64,000 bases of DNA from a virus (IMGVR_UViG_3300013307_000018:16312-80311), one strand, 5' to 3'. Positions 35,799 through 45,926 are shown, counted from the stretch's first letter. Program-made: numbers and translations. Notes: a model not told the origin generated them from the sequence alone.

Positions 35799-36716
35799 TT
35801 AGGCGTTATGGTAGCCAATGCCATGGAAATCAGACGAGTCACGAATGACACGCATAATTTCATAGGCTTCAAATTCAGTTTCTTTTTGACCGCCGAGGTT
35901 AACATACTTTACCGCCCGCGCTAACAACTCACCCGGTGACAAAATAGCAACATGTTCACATCGGTACAGTTGACGGCCTTGATAATGCATGTAGTGGTCA
36001 ATACGTAAGCAATCTTTATTGTCCGCAGTATAAACGTATTTCCCCACAACGCCAAAACCGTAATCGTAGCTGACGCTATGGGTTTCATACATCGCTTTCA
36101 TACTGTGGTACATCCGCATTATCCCTGGCGATTCACTCGACGTGGGTACCTCCGCCAGTGTGTTTTCCTCAGGCAATAACACCAAATCAAACCCAAGCAA
36201 AGACAGTTCGATTTCAAACCCTTCACAACTGTGCTCAGCCATCGCAAAATCACGATACGGCAGTGCGAGGTTGGTGAACACGTAATGCTGTTCAGGCCCC
36301 ATGTATGGAGTGGTCAGCTTAACATGCGGGATAAGTTCGTACCACACCCCGTCCTCTTTTTCCAAATCACCCACAAACACCGGGTGCATGACGGTTAACG
36401 GGACAGTGACGAGTGACTGCGAGGCGTCTATGCGATACGGGCCGTGTAAACGGATATCCGTTGAACCCAGTCCTAGACGACGGGGTTTCTTTGCGTTCTC
36501 GCCTTCATTGAAATTGAGGAAGAAACCTTCGGGCCGTGCCGACCCATAGAACGACTGCGAGGCTTCTGTGTTGTAAGCCAGCAACGCACGCAGTCTTTCA
36601 GGGTGGACCCCGATTAAACTCGCCATGTGGTCGATATCGGCAGTCAGCATGTATTTGACTTCCTGGTCTTTCGGTTGGTCAGTGGGACTTAAACGTTTAA
36701 TCAACATTGAAAACAT
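35799..36716 (-). CDS. hypothetical protein (~305 aa)
   Basis: ORF track; start ambiguous among several in-frame ATGs (36716, 36707, 36650). Confidence 0.5.
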   Translation of the reverse strand: MFSMLIKRLSPTDQPKDQEVKYMLTADIDHMASLIGVHPERLRALLAYNTEASQSFYGSARPEGFFLNFNEGENAKKPRRLGLGSTDIRLHGPYRIDASQSLVTVPLTVMHPVFVGDLEKEDGVWYELIPHVKLTTPYMGPEQHYVFTNLALPYRDFAMAEHSCEGFEIELSLLGFDLVLLPEENTLAEVPTSSESPGIMRMYHSMKAMYETHSVSYDYGFGVVGKYVYTADNKDCLRIDHYMHYQGRQLYRCEHVAILSPGELLARAVKYVNLGGQKETEFEAYEIMRVIRDSSDFHGIGYHNA

Positions 36717-36850
36717 CCTCGTAAACACGACACTTGACAGCCTGCACGTTATTGTGCGGTGTGTGGGTGTTACGTGTTGGGTGCAGTAAAGGCGACATAC
36801 CTTTACAGATAATTAAAACCTGCGGTAAAAAGTAACTGTATTACTCACAG

Positions 36851-36866
36851 CAGTAATATAGGTTTG
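36851..36866 (-). promoter_or_regulatory. conserved 17-bp motif, copy 2
   Basis: plus cagtaatataggtttg; about 140 nt upstream of 35799..36716. Confidence 0.35.
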
Positions 36867-36874
36867 TAAAACGC

Positions 36875-37177
36875 TTATTCCCGACTTTCATCCAGACGGG
36901 GACCAATGAGGACGTACACACAGCCCAGCATTACCACCAACCCAAACCAGAACATCGCCTGGATAAACAACAACTCACCGTAGGACGTCAGTTCCGGGGA
37001 TTGCAACAACCCCATGGGAATACCCACCACTAAGGCGGCCAGTGCGGCCACCAGACGTAAACGAAACGCGCCAAGGGTAGGTAAAGCGAGTACGACTAAT
37101 ACCAATGTCGCGATAACCACGATTAGGGTCAGCGACACACTGTGAGACAACCAACAATTAGACAAGGGAGGAAACAT
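36875..37177 (-). CDS. membrane protein (100 aa)
   Basis: Internal ATG with AGGAG SD; three hydrophobic helices; divergent from plus-strand gene. Confidence 0.45.
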   Translation of the reverse strand: MFPPLSNCWLSHSVSLTLIVVIATLVLVVLALPTLGAFRLRLVAALAALVVGIPMGLLQSPELTSYGELLFIQAMFWFGLVVMLGCVYVLIGPRLDESRE

Positions 37178-37224
37178 GGTAGGGCTCCTAATCGTATGCC
37201 ATTTTCGGCAAGGGGACAGATAAA

Positions 37225-37644
37225 ATGACTGAGTTTGATTTTCCTGACATGCCAACCAAATACCTCGTGAAGCTGGACCAGTTCCAGTTCACCGAGTTCT
37301 ACACAACACCCGAAGTCACGATTCCAGAAGGGTTCATCACAGACGGTGCCAGTGTGCCACGTTGGCTGCAGGGGTTGTACCCATCGTATTACAAATACTT
37401 TCCAGCGGCCGCCGTACACGATTACATGTATGGGTCCGGACTCTACGACCGCGCGGTTTGCGATGCGTTGTTCCGGGATAACATGCGTCATCGTTTGGGG
37501 TTGAGCTGGCGGTATTGGTGGGTGATGTGGGCAGGTGTCCGGTTGGGTGGGGCGTCTCGCTTCACACAACGTAAGGCAGAAGGGAACCCGGTGGTAGCGG
37601 TTACGGACACCCCGATTACTGACACGGAACTGTCGACAAAATAA
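37225..37644 (+). CDS. DUF1353-family protein (139 aa)
   Basis: FITDGASVPRW motif typical of DUF1353; only plus-strand gene; followed by bidirectional terminator. Confidence 0.6.
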   Translation: MTEFDFPDMPTKYLVKLDQFQFTEFYTTPEVTIPEGFITDGASVPRWLQGLYPSYYKYFPAAAVHDYMYGSGLYDRAVCDALFRDNMRHRLGLSWRYWWVMWAGVRLGGASRFTQRKAEGNPVVAVTDTPITDTELSTK

Positions 37645-37650
37645 CAAAAA

Positions 37651-37680
37651 AATAAAGGGAGCACAGGCTCCCTTTTATGC
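37651..37680. terminator. bidirectional intrinsic terminator
   Basis: aaaaaaataaa-GGGAGC-acag-GCTCCC-ttttatg: U tracts on both strands, between convergent genes. Confidence 0.6.
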
Positions 37681-37682
37681 CG

Positions 37683-38129
37683 TTATTCGCGAGCAAAGTC
37701 CCCGTCAGCCAAAGGCAGGCTGACTTCACTGATGAGCAGTGCGGGTTGTGGGTTCATGCTGATGATAGCCGTGTGGGTTGAGATAGGGACTTCAAACGGC
37801 CCCATGTCCGTGGACCCCAGTAACTTAAAGCTGCCGATATCGTCGGTTGCAATAATCCCCTGGAACAAAAAGCCATGAGGGTGGTTCAGCAAGAGACGTG
37901 GGTCAAACGCTAACCCACAGATAGGACTTTCTGAACGGATGATGATGTTCACCAGTTTGCCATCTGCGCCGCCCCGGTTAACCGCGAAACGAATCGAGCG
38001 GCACGTCAGGTCCGGGTCGCTGCCTGAGACGTGCATGTATTCACCGCGCAGCTGTACCAGTGCCTCGACGTTCTGATTGCAACGGTACTGGGCGCCACGC
38101 AGGGCATTTAAAACGGTATTCACTTTCAT
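37683..38129 (-). CDS. hypothetical protein (148 aa)
   Basis: Internal ATG (MKVNTVLNALRG) with GGAG SD. Confidence 0.5.
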   Translation of the reverse strand: MKVNTVLNALRGAQYRCNQNVEALVQLRGEYMHVSGSDPDLTCRSIRFAVNRGGADGKLVNIIIRSESPICGLAFDPRLLLNHPHGFLFQGIIATDDIGSFKLLGSTDMGPFEVPISTHTAIISMNPQPALLISEVSLPLADGDFARE

Positions 38130-38140
38130 TATAAACTCCG

Positions 38141-38166
38141 GCATAAAAGGGGAGCTTTCGCTCCCC
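38141..38166 (-). terminator. intrinsic terminator, GAAA loop
   Basis: plus gcataaaa-GGGGAGC-tttc-GCTCCCC. Confidence 0.55.
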
Positions 38167-38172
38167 GGGGTT

Positions 38173-38667
38173 TTACAGCAACGGTTGCTGCATGGATGGG
38201 TTATAACCCGGTTCGGTGGGTAAGACATTTTTATCGTCACCCCAAATCAACTGCATACACTGGACACCGGTACCGTAACGTGACACCGCACCCAGGATGT
38301 AGTTTTCCTGCACGTGGGTTAAATCACTGACCTTACGCAAGGCAATACGCAAGCCGTTCCCGTCTTTGAGTTTCAGCGGTCCGCTGTACACGCCCTCATT
38401 AAACGCTTCTTTGTTCTTAAAGACCTGTTCTGCGATGATGATGATTAGCGGACCCATGGGTGAGTCCGACAGCCCGGTCACCAGAATCTCCGGCAAACCA
38501 ATCTTTGCCAAACCCACGGTGTAGCTGAACGGTGGTGTGCTGACGCTGCCAGTAACGACGACCACTGTCCAACCGAGGCGGTCTATCTGGTCGTCCTGCT
38601 TTTGCCGGAATACCGCGTTGCGAATGTCCAATTCTTCTTGCGTCATGCCGTTTGGAAGAGTCATCAT
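38173..38667 (-). CDS. hypothetical protein (164 aa)
   Basis: ATGA overlap with upstream gene. Confidence 0.5.
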   Translation of the reverse strand: MMTLPNGMTQEELDIRNAVFRQKQDDQIDRLGWTVVVVTGSVSTPPFSYTVGLAKIGLPEILVTGLSDSPMGPLIIIIAEQVFKNKEAFNEGVYSGPLKLKDGNGLRIALRKVSDLTHVQENYILGAVSRYGTGVQCMQLIWGDDKNVLPTEPGYNPSMQQPLL

Positions 38668-40082
38668 TTCCCCTCTATTGCATTGTTGAGTTTTTCAATG
38701 GCGATGCCCATCGCAGCCACCGCGTCGATTTGCAGACTTAAGGCATCCTGCACGTTCTGGTACTCCGCGATTACCGCATCACGCAGTGGGCGCAGTTCTT
38801 CACGCAAGCTGGCGTTGTCTTCCTCACGTTCCACGTCACTGGCCAGTTTTTCCAACAGCGCAATTTGTGCCCGAATGGCTTCTGATTTTGGTGTAGTGGT
38901 CACTGGGGCCACCACCACTGGAGCAACCGGCTCTTTAACCAATACGGGTTCAGGTACAACGGGTGGGGTGGATTTAACCGTTTGTTTGCTCAATGCGTCC
39001 ATAAAGGCGGATGCCATGGTGCTTGGGGTTTCATCGGTACTGTGCGCAATGGTTGATTTATTATCCTCTGCCTCTTTATACAAATGAATCCACAACACAC
39101 CGTTGGTGTTGTTCGGTACGCGATACGTCCGGACTTTGTCGGCTTTCACCAAGGCCTGGATGCAGTCACGACGGTCGTTATCATTGAGGTCATGGTACTC
39201 CGGTACCGCACGATGCAGGTCATACATCGGCATTTCACCATCCTGGTCTTCAATAGCGTCTATGACTAACTGACCGATTTCTGCGAAAGTGAGTTGGGGT
39301 TTTGCGCTGTCCTGCTGAGGTTCCGGTTGTCCTGCTGGCACTGTGGGTTCCAGCATTGGTGTCACGGGGTCGAGGGTTAACTGTGGCGCGCTGTGGTCCA
39401 GACGTTGTGCCGAAGCCGGTAGGGTATACTGGAACGTTGGGTGATAGAAACGTCCACCGCGACGACCGTCACCGTCCCCTACTACTACTTCCAGAATGCC
39501 TTCAAAGCGGGTGAGATAACTCAACACGACCTGACGGTTCGCCCCACGCAGTACGTGATAAGACATGACTTGTTGGTTGATGTCTGTGCGGGTTGCGCCC
39601 TGGGGATTGGTAACCAGGAAGCCCACGATTTCATCCGCTGCTTTGTGCAGATACGGAGGCAGGTTGGCATCACGCAATGTCTGGACATCCACGGGTTCAG
39701 TAACAGCGGCAGTTTCAGGTTTCATGGTTGGCTCTTCTTTTACGGTTTCAGGTTTCTGCAACGCCGGACGGCCTGCAGTTGCAACAAACACCACACTCTC
39801 CTCTTTGACCACCGGAGCAACGGGCACCGAGGTCACTTCACCTGTGTGCATTTTGTGGCGCAACAGAGGTGCATCTGCTGCATCTCTACGGGTGGTAGGG
39901 ATGACAGTAATGCGGTCACGGGTTTTGATGTAGCTGAGGAGGGTGACCAGTTCCTTACGGCGTAAACGCTTTAAAGAAGCCAACTTTGATTGTAACACGT
40001 CGTAGGTTAATCCGCCTGGTGCCATTTCTAACGCCCGGGTGATATCGTCATACGCCGCATACATGTTTTCAGGTAATTTCAT
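38664..40082 (-). CDS. large protein with three winged-helix-like repeats, Pro-rich linkers and C-terminal coiled coil (472 aa)
   Basis: Repeated modules YDVLQSKLASLKRLRRKELVTLLSY / INQQVMSYHVLRGANRQVVLSYL / MYDLHRAVPEYHDLNDNDRRDCIQAL. Confidence 0.55.
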   Translation of the reverse strand: MKLPENMYAAYDDITRALEMAPGGLTYDVLQSKLASLKRLRRKELVTLLSYIKTRDRITVIPTTRRDAADAPLLRHKMHTGEVTSVPVAPVVKEESVVFVATAGRPALQKPETVKEEPTMKPETAAVTEPVDVQTLRDANLPPYLHKAADEIVGFLVTNPQGATRTDINQQVMSYHVLRGANRQVVLSYLTRFEGILEVVVGDGDGRRGGRFYHPTFQYTLPASAQRLDHSAPQLTLDPVTPMLEPTVPAGQPEPQQDSAKPQLTFAEIGQLVIDAIEDQDGEMPMYDLHRAVPEYHDLNDNDRRDCIQALVKADKVRTYRVPNNTNGVLWIHLYKEAEDNKSTIAHSTDETPSTMASAFMDALSKQTVKSTPPVVPEPVLVKEPVAPVVVAPVTTTPKSEAIRAQIALLEKLASDVEREEDNASLREELRPLRDAVIAEYQNVQDALSLQIDAVAAMGIAIEKLNNAIEGK

Positions 40083-40110
40083 GGTTATAATACTCCAATG
40101 TAACTTAAGA

Positions 40111-40136
40111 AATAAAAAGGGAGCCGAAGCTCCCTT
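40111..40136 (-). terminator. intrinsic terminator, UUCG tetraloop
   Basis: plus gaaataaaaa-GGGAGC-cgaa-GCTCCC, same hairpin as 34629-34646. Confidence 0.65.
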
Positions 40137-40154
40137 GAGTGGTCAAACAGTCAA

Positions 40155-41786
40155 TCAGTTCCAGCGCACGATGTCAAACAACACCGCGCCGGTCGGCAGT
40201 TCACACAACACACGCACCACAGGGTTTGGTGAGTCAAAGCCTTTTGTCAGTATGATGCCGGCAAATTCATCTTCGCTACGTTCAGCGTGCATGGTGTTGG
40301 ACAGGTTCTCCAACGCGTTGCGAATAGGGTACAGGTCGCGGATGAGAATCTGTGGGAACAAGCCCAATGTTGGCTCAGCCACTTCACGTGCCCCTTCCAG
40401 CACCAACATCTGACCCACTGGCAGGTTCGGCAGAGATTTCCCGTTCCAGCTACACGGCATATCAACCACGCCCGTAATTTTCACGTAGTCCTGACCCTGC
40501 AGACCCCACTGTGCCGCCGTTGATCCCTTGTTGTAGATGTACCAACTTACGGTGTTACGATGCTCAACGTCATCCCACAGCAGAATCGGTGGGGCATCCG
40601 GGTTCACGGCAGCCAGCATGCGGCCGTAGTTATGGGTACCACGGGGAATTTGCAACTGCACGGATTTGGCTTGTGGCAGAATGGTGCTCACGAACTCATC
40701 CCAACCCATACGCTTGCCTGCGATAGGGGTGTTGGGTTTCTCTTTGATTTGCTTACGTAGCACATCGAAGATACCGCCCGGTGCATTGGCTTCAACGGTG
40801 GTTTCCGGATGTTGCCACACCCATTCCTGCACATCACTTAAGGTCGCAGCACGACGTTTCAGTGACTCTGCCACACCCAGCTTTTCAATCAGCTTTTCCG
40901 CTGCGTTCAGGTGCCCTTCAGAGGCTTCTGATTTCGGACGCTGATAGTTATCGCCCCGGGTCATAACCAAATAGTTACTACGTGCCGTGTCACGCTGGCG
41001 GTCGGTCGTACAGGACTTCAGCTGCTCCAGATACGTACCCAGTGCAGTGTTAGCCAATCGTGCAGCACCCACCGGTAAGCTCTGTGACAAGCCCCACACC
41101 ATATTGTTACGTGCTACCCCTTTTACGGTCTTCAGGCGCTCCAGGGCCGTTTTAAAGGCTTGCAGGATACCGAGACCGTTACGTGATGCCAGTTCATCGT
41201 CGTAGGTGAACTGGTGAATCAACCAGTCCAGCGTCGCCATGTCTGTTTCATGAATCGCCCGCCCAAACAACTGGTGGTTGGTACGTGCGTCACCCATCTT
41301 GGCTTCAGCAGAATGCACACCCGTCAGGATGAACTCGCTGGCCTCAAGGTGGAAGTGTTCAAACGAGCCTTTTTCCGGGTTACCGTTTTCCGGTGTTCCC
41401 ATCAACTTTTCAGTTGTGTAGAAACGGTCAGCAATACGACCCGATTCTGCACGGGCTTTCAGCGCAGCGACGGTGGCTTCATAACCGGCTGGGGCATTTT
41501 CCGTGTCCCATACCGCCGAGACGATGGTGCCTTCCTCGGTGAAATACACCAGGTCAGCGTAGTGCTTAAAGAACGCCCGACAGGTAAAGCAGTTGTGGGA
41601 CTGACGGTCTGCATCACTGAAGGTGTTCAGATACGTCGCATTGGCGCTTTGGTCAGTATTCGCTGGGGTCACACGAAAGAGAATGCCTTTGGTTTTGTTA
41701 CGGTCAAAGGTTTCTTTAACATGCGCAACCAACGCATGGTAATCGAGATCAGACGGCACGGCAGCCATCAGGGTTACATCAGTCAT
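40155..41786 (-). CDS. hypothetical protein (543 aa)
   Basis: AAAGGAAC SD; no family recognised. Confidence 0.55.
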   Translation of the reverse strand: MTDVTLMAAVPSDLDYHALVAHVKETFDRNKTKGILFRVTPANTDQSANATYLNTFSDADRQSHNCFTCRAFFKHYADLVYFTEEGTIVSAVWDTENAPAGYEATVAALKARAESGRIADRFYTTEKLMGTPENGNPEKGSFEHFHLEASEFILTGVHSAEAKMGDARTNHQLFGRAIHETDMATLDWLIHQFTYDDELASRNGLGILQAFKTALERLKTVKGVARNNMVWGLSQSLPVGAARLANTALGTYLEQLKSCTTDRQRDTARSNYLVMTRGDNYQRPKSEASEGHLNAAEKLIEKLGVAESLKRRAATLSDVQEWVWQHPETTVEANAPGGIFDVLRKQIKEKPNTPIAGKRMGWDEFVSTILPQAKSVQLQIPRGTHNYGRMLAAVNPDAPPILLWDDVEHRNTVSWYIYNKGSTAAQWGLQGQDYVKITGVVDMPCSWNGKSLPNLPVGQMLVLEGAREVAEPTLGLFPQILIRDLYPIRNALENLSNTMHAERSEDEFAGIILTKGFDSPNPVVRVLCELPTGAVLFDIVRWN

Positions 41787-42357
41787 TGCGTGTTCCTTTT
41801 CGTAATTGCGCGAGTAGTGTTGACACTACGTCTTGTTTTAATGGGGGTCTGTCTTGCGGAGACAATTCACAGCTTACCGAGTGTTTGCATTCAACTTCCA
41901 TGGCGTGCTCTGTCCCGGTAACCGCTGCGAGGCCATTTTCCTGCACGATACTGCAATACGTACGAATCACTAATCGGTTTGGGTGCCAGAAACGGGCATA
42001 GCGAACAGTGATACCGTCAACCTCAATGTCTTCACACAGTGAGGGTGTCGGTTTAATCTGGAGGGTGGACAACGTGGCCCAGTACGCCTGAATGACTTCG
42101 AGCACATGGTGACGTTCTTCGGCACTGCGAATGTTCGTGTCATCACACCAGTAAAAAACATTATCAAACGCGAGCTGGACGATATTTTTGAAACCGTCAC
42201 GCGGTCGCGTTAATACCGCATCAACAACACGTTTGCCATTGATACGCATATCCACGTGGGTTTGTTTAGCGTCAACCCGATACAGGTCTAGCGACATTCC
42301 TTCGTACTGCACGTGTTTAATCAACGTCTGCGACGACGTTGCTACAGACATGACCAT
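41779..42357 (-). CDS. hypothetical protein (192 aa)
   Basis: Internal ATG with AAGGATA SD; ORF track start at 42405 is TTG. Confidence 0.5.
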   Translation of the reverse strand: MVMSVATSSQTLIKHVQYEGMSLDLYRVDAKQTHVDMRINGKRVVDAVLTRPRDGFKNIVQLAFDNVFYWCDDTNIRSAEERHHVLEVIQAYWATLSTLQIKPTPSLCEDIEVDGITVRYARFWHPNRLVIRTYCSIVQENGLAAVTGTEHAMEVECKHSVSCELSPQDRPPLKQDVVSTLLAQLRKGTRND

Positions 42358-42450
42358 TTGATTATCCTTAGAAGAGAGGTAGGGAGTGCTTATTCTCACA
42401 CTCAAGTCATGCTGGTAATATGCGTCTAAAAAAAATTAATATCGACTTTT

Positions 42451-42477
42451 GAGAAAAGGTGAGCCGAAGCCCACCTT
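42451..42477 (-). terminator. intrinsic terminator, UUCG tetraloop
   Basis: plus gagaaaa-GGTGAGC-cgaa-GCCCACC. Confidence 0.5.
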
Positions 42478-42484
42478 GGTGTTA

Positions 42485-43078
42485 TTACGACCCGAAATAC
42501 TCCAGCACTTTGCCGAAGTCATAATCGAGTTCAGCCAGATAATCACCGGCACGTGCCTGCAATTTCCAGGTCTGCAGTTCTGGACTGTTCACCACATGAA
42601 CGTGGTCCAGGTCAACAGACAGCAGACGCTGCACCATCATTACAAACGGCGTATAGATGAAGCTTAGGTGATCGCTACCGCGCAGCACTGATGTCAATGA
42701 TTCGATGATTTGCTTATCCGCAATCGGCGCATCTTCTGCTGTATCCAGGTTCTGTTCTGGTAAGGTCTGTCCAGGCTGGAGTTTCGTAAAGCGCACATGG
42801 CCGTATTCCAGCGGCTCAGCGACACCCGTGTCATCGGTCTGCACCAACAAATCCAGGCCAAAACTGCTGAAGTCACGGGTTTCGTGGATGATGTCGCAAT
42901 ACGTGCTGATGCCCTCGACTTCCACCGGACGTTGACGGATATCCACCACCCGTTGATTACGGGCCAGCTCACGCAGGGATTCGAAAATCAGCGCCAGCTC
43001 AATACGATCGTCTTTGCGGGCCAGGTCTTCCTGCTGGTCCCAGTGTGCCAGACGTTCACTGATGGTCATTTGCTTCAT
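42485..43078 (-). CDS. hypothetical protein (197 aa)
   Basis: ORF track. Confidence 0.5.
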   Translation of the reverse strand: MKQMTISERLAHWDQQEDLARKDDRIELALIFESLRELARNQRVVDIRQRPVEVEGISTYCDIIHETRDFSSFGLDLLVQTDDTGVAEPLEYGHVRFTKLQPGQTLPEQNLDTAEDAPIADKQIIESLTSVLRGSDHLSFIYTPFVMMVQRLLSVDLDHVHVVNSPELQTWKLQARAGDYLAELDYDFGKVLEYFGS

Positions 43079-43093
43079 GGTAACACAATCCTT

Positions 43094-43780
43094 TTATCGA
43101 GCCGTACGCGATGGGTAAGCATACTGGCGAGGGAGGGGTGGTAAAATACGCTGCCAGATTTCAGACACGTAACGTACCTGGAAACGGCAGTCATCCAGCG
43201 CTTTGTGTGGGGAACCCAGTGACGCCATCTCGGTCTTCGGGTCAATACCAAACTGACGACCCAGTTCCACAATGGTACGTACGTCCAGGGATTTCCAGAA
43301 CACCAGTGGGCTTTTGCGCTTCAATGAGTGACAGGCTTCTTCAATGATACCCGGGTCAAAGTTCGCCCCGTTCGCCCAGTGTTTGATACCCTGACGGGGA
43401 GAGGCCTGATGGCGTTGAATGAACTCACCCAATGCCGCCAGGGCTTCAGGCAGGGCCATCACGCCGTTATCACCGACATTGCCCACCATTTGCAGTTGTG
43501 CTTCAGTGACCTGCTTCAACCACCATTTGATGGTTTCTGGGTCCAATACCCCGCCTGCTTCCACCGACGTGGTGATATCAATTTTGGTGTAGAACTCATC
43601 GATGATGTTCCCGGTATCGGGTTCAAAGATGGCTGCACCAATCGCACCGAGTGGTGCGTTAGTACGGGTACCCATGCACTCAACATCAATCATGACGTGA
43701 CGTTCAGGGGGTTGAGACTGCGCCATATGGCCTTGATGACCATCCAGCGACAAGCCGGTTTGGGGTAACGAATTATCCAT
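43094..43780 (-). CDS. DEDDh 3'-5' exonuclease (DnaQ/RNase T-like)
   Basis: Exo I VMIDVECMGT, Exo II HWANGANFDPGII, Exo III HKALDD. Confidence 0.7.
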   Translation of the reverse strand: MDNSLPQTGLSLDGHQGHMAQSQPPERHVMIDVECMGTRTNAPLGAIGAAIFEPDTGNIIDEFYTKIDITTSVEAGGVLDPETIKWWLKQVTEAQLQMVGNVGDNGVMALPEALAALGEFIQRHQASPRQGIKHWANGANFDPGIIEEACHSLKRKSPLVFWKSLDVRTIVELGRQFGIDPKTEMASLGSPHKALDDCRFQVRYVSEIWQRILPPLPRQYAYPSRTAR

Positions 43781-43832
43781 TAATAAATCCTCGGTTGCTT
43801 ACCCATGATTGTTTGCAGGTGTAAGAAATGAC

Positions 43833-44537
43833 TCATTCCTTGAGTCCCAGCCACATTTTGACCAGTTCATGTTGGGTTGCTACTTCCATACACCGTGTCG
43901 CATCAAGCTTCACCCGCGTACCATCTTCGAATGTTTCCCCACCTTGCAGTCGACGGAATTCGCGCTCTGCAGTGTTTTGGTTCACGATTAAATCCACCCG
44001 AGGGAAGTTTTCCTGACCGCCCGACAACAAATTCAGTATCGCCTGAGTTGCTTTCAGGCTGCCCGTTACTGGGTCAGGCCGATCACCCAACATTGGGAAA
44101 CACGCACCCCAGACACATTCAAAGATTCTTGAGGTTACACGTCCCGCTAAATCACCAGAGGTAGCAACGCTGGGTTTGCGTGGGTCTTCTTCATCGGGGT
44201 AGGTGCGATAATCTTCACTGAGGTTTCCTTCACGTAACAGTGACTCACAGTGGGTTGCTGCATAACACGCAATGTCAGAGTCCATCTGCATTGCGTACAT
44301 TGCCAGCGAAGACCATTCTAGCACGTCATCCTTATACAACCCGATAAGGAAGTCACTGCGGAATGCCAGTTCAATGGTAATAGAAACATGGCCCTCTTGA
44401 GTTTTGCGAAAAAATAACCAAGTATGGAAAACATCCTTGTTATCCACATCGCTTGGTTTTCGGGTACGGAGCGTACGAATATATCCGGTAGTTTCGATAA
44501 CCACCGGGATTTCCGTTTTACCAAGGTAGTCAAGCAT
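43833..44537 (-). CDS. hypothetical protein (234 aa)
   Basis: ORF track. Confidence 0.5.
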   Translation of the reverse strand: MLDYLGKTEIPVVIETTGYIRTLRTRKPSDVDNKDVFHTWLFFRKTQEGHVSITIELAFRSDFLIGLYKDDVLEWSSLAMYAMQMDSDIACYAATHCESLLREGNLSEDYRTYPDEEDPRKPSVATSGDLAGRVTSRIFECVWGACFPMLGDRPDPVTGSLKATQAILNLLSGGQENFPRVDLIVNQNTAEREFRRLQGGETFEDGTRVKLDATRCMEVATQHELVKMWLGLKE

Positions 44538-44554
44538 GCGTTAACCGCCTTTTA

Positions 44555-44953
44555 TCAGAATGGCAGGTCATCAACGTCATCAACCAGCAACGGCAATGAC
44601 TCCTCATCATCCAATACTTCCGCCTCAGCGGCTTCGGTAGCCATTTCCTGACGCATGCTGGTATAGCGCGTGTGCAGGTCATAGGCGGGGTTCATGTTGG
44701 TACCCGGGGCAATGTAGGGTTCGCCCTGCTCTTTGCTTAACCGCACCGTCTCATCGGACGTTTGGGCCAACAACTGCATAGCAGGGACTTCACGTTTGCC
44801 ATCGAGTGCCGCGAGCACAGAGAAAGCCACCCCGTGACATTTCTCAGCCACGTCCAAATCCGGGTCTTGCGCGTATTCTTCCGCAATGTTTACAGCGGTA
44901 GCAACCAGCAAGTCTCGAGCTTCTAACTCGGTGAGTGTACGTACATCAGTCAT
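44555..44953 (-). CDS. acidic protein (132 aa) with SSB-Ct-like tail
   Basis: C-terminus EAEVLDDEESLPLLVDDVDDLPF. Confidence 0.5.
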   Translation of the reverse strand: MTDVRTLTELEARDLLVATAVNIAEEYAQDPDLDVAEKCHGVAFSVLAALDGKREVPAMQLLAQTSDETVRLSKEQGEPYIAPGTNMNPAYDLHTRYTSMRQEMATEAAEAEVLDDEESLPLLVDDVDDLPF

Positions 44954-45096
44954 GATAAACCTCGTGTGTTATAGTAGCGTGCTGTTGGTTGGGTGGAGTC
45001 TGAAACCCCACTCCCTGGTTTTTGTAGTAAAATAAAAAATCAATCAATCCGCATGTTACTCAAATGCTTACTTTCACATGTTTTTTATTACTTCGG

Positions 45097-45121
45097 CATA
45101 AACGGGGAGTTTTCACTCCCC
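45097..45121 (-). terminator. intrinsic terminator, GAAA loop
   Basis: plus gcataaac-GGGGAGT-tttc-ACTCCCC. Confidence 0.55.
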
Positions 45122-45130
45122 GGGGGTCAC

Positions 45131-45550
45131 TTATGGGTTTTCAGGTGTATCTGATTCCGGTTCTGGCTGTTCGATAGGGTTATCGAGCAGGGGTTGTGCA
45201 AACGCGTTGATGCGGTCGCGGACTTGTTCCAGTGTCCAGTCGGCGTACTGCTCACCAAACACCGCCGGCATCGGGTTCATGGCGATAGACTGGCAAATCC
45301 CTGCAAACACGTTATCCCAGTCATCCGGGATGTGCTGCATCAGGATACCACAGACCGAGGCTTCGTCATCCGGGTCACGGGTAAACAACGACACTACGTA
45401 CACGGCATCTTCGATAACGGACTCATCCGTAATTGAAGCATCCAGCGTGTGTTCGTAATGCAGGAACAGCACAGGGTGTTGTTCGACTTTTGCATTCCCT
45501 ACCGCTACGTTGACGGTCCAGGTTTCCTGACGTTTCACTTCCTGACTCAT
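45131..45550 (-). CDS. hypothetical protein (139 aa)
   Basis: AAGAGGATG SD; ATGA overlap. Confidence 0.5.
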   Translation of the reverse strand: MSQEVKRQETWTVNVAVGNAKVEQHPVLFLHYEHTLDASITDESVIEDAVYVVSLFTRDPDDEASVCGILMQHIPDDWDNVFAGICQSIAMNPMPAVFGEQYADWTLEQVRDRINAFAQPLLDNPIEQPEPESDTPENP

Positions 45551-45891
45551 GCTACATCCTCTTTCAGTTGGTGGATGACATACGTAAGAAGCGCAATCGG
45601 GCGCGCAGTGATATACTCACTGGCGATGGCATGCGCTACCGTCTCAAAAGCACGAGGAGCGAGTCGGTTGTCCAGTGTAACCACTTCATTACGGTACCAC
45701 TGCCGTTCCAGACAATCGTCAGCATCGGCAACCACGCCTTCACTGGATGCCTTACGCAGGGTGTCAACGGCATCGTCGAGACTTGCCATGACTGCCTGGC
45801 GTTCAACGCCACTGAGTGGGGATTGCAGACGGTGAGAGGCGTCTAAAACAGTGGTGATAACTGCTAACCGTACAGTTTCAAATGCGGGCAT
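45547..45891 (-). CDS. hypothetical protein (114 aa)
   Basis: AGGAGC SD. Confidence 0.5.
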   Translation of the reverse strand: MPAFETVRLAVITTVLDASHRLQSPLSGVERQAVMASLDDAVDTLRKASSEGVVADADDCLERQWYRNEVVTLDNRLAPRAFETVAHAIASEYITARPIALLTYVIHQLKEDVA

Positions 45892-45926
45892 TTCGGTGCT
45901 CCTACGTGTGATAGGTATAGCATTCG

